The position numbers and the translations under genes were made by a program. Source: Marsupella aquatica (lineage: Eukaryota > Plantae > Marchantiophyta). Taken from it: a stretch of DNA of 64,000 bases. Shown piece after piece: positions 58,950-64,000 of this stretch. The stretch lies in assembly GCA_973895155.1 (NCBI GenBank), contig OZ316893.1, positions 17,825,836-17,889,835 of the forward strand. Reading direction: 5' to 3'. Below the pieces are notes generated by a model, which saw only the letters and a list, made by a program, of their open reading frames with translations, ran no database searches and was not told the DNA's origin. Position 1 is the stretch's first letter; every line of letters begins with the position of its first letter.

Positions 58950-61334
58950 TGTCATGTCGTCGGCTTCGGCCTCAACTCAGACTTCAGCTTAGACGGGCAC
59001 ATCCCTCGTAAATCTGAGGGTTCGGGCAGGAAGGGAAGCACGTAATGCACCTTATTCTCATAAACTAGCGCTAAGTGCGCATACTACTAAATACGAACAC
59101 CTCCTAGGTATGGTTTGTGTTCCGCCGCCGGAACGTACCTTAGTCGATAGCAGGATCGACCCCGGCTTAAGGGCTTCTAAGCCTTCGTGCTGTCCGCCTT
59201 CGATCCGGATTCGATGATATAGGTCCTCAACCCGTGCTTGCAACCACTTACCCGCAGGCTACACCCTGTGCACGTCTCGGGTAGTGCGTTCGGCCTGGCG
59301 CTGCCACCCATATACGAGAAACCCACACACATACACGCGCACATGCATACAATCTCGATTTACACGAAGGAAAATGATGGGAAAGGATTTTACTACAAAG
59401 GGAACATATGCGTACACTTAGTTGACCCGACAGCCCCGGAATGAACAGGTTCAAGGCCGAGGGTGCACACTACAACGGAGCCCGGCTCCGCACTTGCCCG
59501 GCGAGCTTAGTCCTACCCCCCCACCCTTGGTACTCTTTCATTCCCAGAGGTCGGGACTCCCCGCACATACCGCGGACGTCCAACTCTGAAACTAAAAACC
59601 CCCCTGCCTCTACCAAGGGGTGCACTAAATACTAAGGGCCGAGGGACGGGGTGTCCTCTCGCCGAAGATTCGCTGACTAAGGTCCTAACTAAGCTGACAG
59701 TCAGGCCGGAAACGGCTGTGTCTTATTAGAAGATCCTAATCTATGCAGGCTAGACAGCATGGCAGCGATGCTGTACCTAAGGTAGGTGCCTGTCCCAAGA
59801 GCCTGACTAAGCTAGTCCTAATCCTAATCTATTCCTACTCCGCCGCTAATGCCTGGCACGCTTGCCAGAGTCGCCTCAATGGGAGCGGCCATCCCACTGC
59901 CTTCAAAGCCTATCATTGTCCGCCTTGAGGAGCTGGACCTGGTCCAGCAGAGATTCGTTCTCTCGCCTCGCCGCGTCCATCTCCTCTGCTGCCTCCTGAC
60001 ATGCCTCCTCCAGCTGCTGGGCGTCGCTCGTCAGTTTACCCGCCAGCTGGTCCTGCTTCTCGGCCTCGGTTTGGAGCCGCACCACCTCGGCCTGCAGCGT
60101 GGCTATCTCCGCCGTGTCCCGCTGGGCCCGTTCCTTGGCCTCCTCCAGGTCTTTCTGCCAGGTGACAGTTTGATTCTTCAAACTGTCAATCTGGTTCCGG
60201 AGTCGTGTAATCTCGGCCTTGTTCCCAACTTTGGCCTGTTCGGCTAGGGCGGTAAGAGCGTGCGCCTTTGCTAACAACTCATCGGCGGTTGCAACCTTGG
60301 GTCGTAGTTGCCGAAGCTTAGCCTCTTGAGCCGCAACTTTGTTCTTTAGGTACACGGACTCCACCCGGTACCGCTCTATCCTCTGAAGGGCCTCTGACTG
60401 GGCCCGACCTGCCGAGTTCCCCTGAAGCTCTGTAGGTGCTGGTAGAAGTTCTCCAAAGCGAGTGCAGACGACCTTGTCGAACGGGTAGTGCTGGACTCGC
60501 TGTTGATGATAGCCCGAACCTGAGCAGGGATGTGGTCGAAGTGATGTCGTTGCAAGTCGATCGTACCCGGGATATTGAAGACCTCGTCTGGAAGCCGAAG
60601 CAATGCTTCCCAGAACCCGATATATTTGTCTCCGTTGAAGAAGTACCCAGATACTTCTCCTGGTCGGTAAAGCTTGCTCTGAGACGGGTAGTCAAAGTTA
60701 AGGATGTAGTGGTGTCATCCTGCTAGGCAGATGGCTCTCTCGTACTCGCATTCGATTTTGTATGGGTGCGGGTTGGCGTGTTTCAATGAGTCGGCCAAGT
60801 GCCTTCCGGTAGATAGGAACTACGTCCAGAATCGAATGGCCGAGCTGGAGAGGATCGTGTGCGACATTCAGAGGAGATAGTAGTGGCAACTTAGAGCGAA
60901 CGAGAGAGCTAGGGTCGAAGCTGGCGCGTGGACTGATGGACTGGTGCACTACAAAGGGTTGGCTCCCCTTTTATACCTTGAGGGCTTGTCGATCCTCCGA
61001 CGTCTCCTCGACGCCCATAGGCTGAACCGCTCATGCTTGTGGTGTACCGGCCACTCCGCCGGTCTGAGTCAGCGCGTGTCAGTGGCCGCTTCCTTAAGTT
61101 CGTTATACGGACCCGAGGGAGGGGCCCCTCCACGCTCGTAACCCGGGTGTGCGAATAGCGACCCGCCGCCAGTCCGAACCTGAATTCCCCCTTATTGCCT
61201 AATGATGTCCTACCCATAATGATTACCTAAATACTGTCGTTATGCTAATAATAGCGGCCTAAGACACTCCTAACGCGTGTGCTGAGCGCAGTTAGACCGA
61301 ATCACTCATTAACCGCCGTACCGGCGGCGTCACA
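58950..61334 (-). repeat. Putative 3' LTR (~2.4 kb)
   Basis: Starts TGTGAC after the PPT and ends ...CATGACA where the host gag frame resumes. The partner LTR is outside the window. Confidence 0.7.
59903..60867 (-). pseudogene. LTR-internal coiled-coil ORF of the second Gypsy (degraded)
   Basis: ATG at 60867, ~100 nt after TATAAAA (60975-60969). The reconstructed frame has two probable C>T stops and one frameshift (~60420). The C-terminal 150 aa are strongly heptad (KNKVAAQEAKLRQL...LLDQVQLLKADNDRL). Confidence 0.65.
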
Positions 61335-64000
61335 TAGCTCCCTGCTTAATTGTGAAGCATCCTCGCGAACATCATTCTCGGCGTCGTCATCTTGATGGTG
61401 GTACTTTTTTACATGATCGTAGCTGATTCGCGTGGGGAGTAAATCGCCGGCATACATCGCAAGCTCCAAAGATCCATTACGGTAGATCTGATTGACAAGG
61501 ATGGGCCCTAACCACCGGGTATGAAGCTTCCCTGGAAACTGCATGTACCTACTATCGTACAGAAGGACTAGATCGCCTACCACGACGTCGACCCTTCGTA
61601 GTCCTTTGTCGTGCTGCTTCTTTGAAATTGTCTGTTTCTTCACGGCATGTCGAGCTGCTAGTAGCCGTGCTTCTTCTAGGGCTTCAATCTGATAAGCTCG
61701 GTCTGACGAACTTTCAGGTTCGGGTTAGCGATCCCGAATGCTGACTCATGGAGTGTGTACTTCAAACTCGACGGGCACCAACAAATGTTGGCCGAACACG
61801 AGAAAGTACGGGCTGTGACTCATAGTAGTTTTGTAAGCGAGATTATACGAGTACACCGCTGAGTACAACTTATCATCCCAATCCGTTTTGTGCGCCGCTA
61901 CCGTCTTGTTGAGGATTTTCCCAATGATACCATTGGCTCTCTCTGTCATCCCGTTGGCCTTAGGATGATACGGGGTAGTCTTGCGGTGCTTGACTAGGTA
62001 ACGCTCCGTAAGCTGGGCTACGGTGTCATTGAGGAAGTGGGTTCCACGGTCGCTTACCAATTCTAAGGGCGGGCCGAATCGGGTGAAAATCTGTTCGTAT
62101 AAGAATCTAGCACTGGTTGCAGCGTTGTCCTTTACCGTAGCCCGCGCTTCGACCCACTTGGTGGAGTAATCAATAGCTAGTAGGATGTACCTGCATCTTT
62201 GCCTTCGGGTAACGGGAGTAAACGGCCCGATATAATCAATTCCCTATTTTTTGAATGGTGCCAATGGAAGCACAAATGTGAGCGGGTGATGATGAGCCCG
62301 TCTCGGGGCCCCAGCCCGCTGACACAGGTCATAGCCCTTAATGAAGCGTTGTACATCCCGATGCAACGTCGGCCACCAATACCCCGAGTCCAGAATCTTT
62401 CGGGCTGTCGTGACCGCCGCGAAATGGCCTCCAGCTTCTTCTTCATGCAAGGCCCGCATCACGATAAGCGTCTCCTTATACTCCAAGCAGCGTCGTAACT
62501 TCCCATTAACTCCTTCCTTATGTAGGTGACCCTGTACCATGATGTAAGGCCCGGCTTTCCGTAGAAACACAACGGCGGCTTCCTGATTGATGCCGTTAGG
62601 GATGCGGCCCGTCAAGAGGAAGGTGATAATTGAGCCGTACCACGTTGGCGTCCCCGCCCCTACGTGGAACAACTCCTCATCCGGAAAAATATCATCAATT
62701 GGCTGATCGACTGGTACGCCGTCCAGCCTTGAAAAGAAGTCGGCATTGAGGTGTGCCTTTCCGGGCCGAACCCGAACTTCGTAGTTAAATTCCTGGAGAA
62801 GTAGCACCCACCGGGCTATCCGTCCTGTCACGTCCGCTTTGTTGACCATGTACTTCAGGCTATCATGATCCGTGTGGAATATGACCTTGTAGCCTAGCAG
62901 ATAGTGTCGGAACTTTTTACACGAGTAGATTATTCCCAGAGCTTCTCGATCAGTGGGGGAATAATTCTTTTCGGCTGTGAATAATTGACGGCTAGCGAAG
63001 TAGATGGGGTGGTCGCGTCCGTTCTCATCAAGCTGACTGAGCACGGATCCAATACAGAACCCTGACACATCGACATACACGTGGAACTCCTTATTCCAGT
63101 TCGGAGTGACCATGATAGGTGCGGTTGTGAGTCTTTTACGGAGTTCTTCGAAAGCAATCCGTCTCCTGGGTGTCTCCTCGATTACCGCGTCCTTTTTCAT
63201 CATCTCAGTCAAGGGCAACGCTATTTTAGCAAAGTCTTTAATAAACCGACGGTAATACCCTACACAGCCCAAGAAGGATCGTACCGCTTTTTGATCTACG
63301 GGAAACACCACCGCCATCCAGGCCGCGACCTTCTCTTGGTCCACCTCGATACCCTGTTTGGACACACGATGCCCGAGTAATACTCCCTCCTCTACCCCGA
63401 AAAAACATTTAGCGGGATGTAGTTTGAGGTTAACCTCTCGGCATCGTTGCAACATTCGTCTTAGGTGTTCGGGGTGCATGGCAACGGTTCCGAAGATGGC
63501 AAAGTCATCGATAAATATCTCCAGAAATTCCCGTAGGAAATCGTGGAAGATATTCATCATAAGGCGTTGAAACATGGCCGGGGCATTACACAGACCGAAA
63601 GGCATCCTCCGAAATGCGAAAGTCCCCCACTCCGTAGTGAAAGTTGTTTTGAGCTGATCCGCGAGGCGAATCCAGATTTGGTTATAACCTGAATACCCGT
63701 CAAGAAATGTATAGATTTCATTTTGGGCTACCATATCTAGAACCATATCCGTGAATGGTAATGGGTAATGGTCTTTTCGGGTTGCGTCGTTCAGCTTACG
63801 GTAGTCCTGACAAATACGAATCTTAGGTTTTCCATCCGTACCTCCCTTCTTAGGTACAATGACAATGGGAGAGACCCAGTCGTTGGCCATTACCGGGTAG
63901 ATGATATCGGCGGCGAGGAGACGATCAATTTCCTCCTTCACTAAGATGGAGTACCTCGGGTTCATGCGACGTTGTCGCTGCCGTACCGCATGGGCTCCTA
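61302..64000 (-). pseudogene. Gypsy pol (RT, RNase H, integrase) with nonsense mutations
   Basis: FLDGYSGYNQI, IFIDDF, YVDVSG, HEEEAGGH, SDRGTHF and KLHTRWLGP. Stops at ~62244 and ~61746. Confidence 0.93.

Larger units (their letters stand above)
58950..64000 (-). mobile_element. Second Gypsy element of the same lineage, nested in the remnant and running off the window
   Basis: RT-RNaseH-INT is highly similar to the first element. Pol runs into an LTR starting agggagcta|TGTGAC at 61334. Confidence 0.9.

Overview
This is a eukaryotic, transposon-saturated 64-kb window from a land plant. A bryophyte-grade host is suggested by the moss-like PPR-DYW remnant and element types but cannot be proven from the sequence. 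No intact host gene is present. From left to right: (1) a young Ty1/Copia element (86-5556, minus strand, TSD GGTCC) whose entire reverse transcriptase has been deleted; (2) a Ty3/Gypsy non-chromovirus (5995-20670) with an intact 2132-aa gag-pol and ~4-kb LTRs, each carrying a 618-aa coiled-coil ORF, but with no TSD; (3) a 22.1-kb CACTA element (21169-43278, 30-bp TIRs, TSD ATG) enclosing a divergent gene pair, captured host fragments (HSP60, OSB, PPR-DYW) and a TnpA-like remnant; (4) two further degenerate relatives of that gene pair; (5) nested Gypsy remnants, one again with a coiled-coil ORF inside its LTR. The best candidate for an undescribed system is the divergent pair. It couples a GCM-like zinc finger-MULE DDE-SWIM transposase with a ParB-domain / amino-methyltransferase-fold protein whose catalytic motif is non-canonical. 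The module's introns and intergenic DNA carry repeated 18-19 bp palindromes (GCTAGCGA-N2/3-TCGCTAGC) that differ between subfamilies. This suggests a ParB/parS-like self-recognition or anti-silencing module carried by a plant Mutator-like transposon, which is inference and untested. All protein family calls were made by eye from motifs, without database searches.
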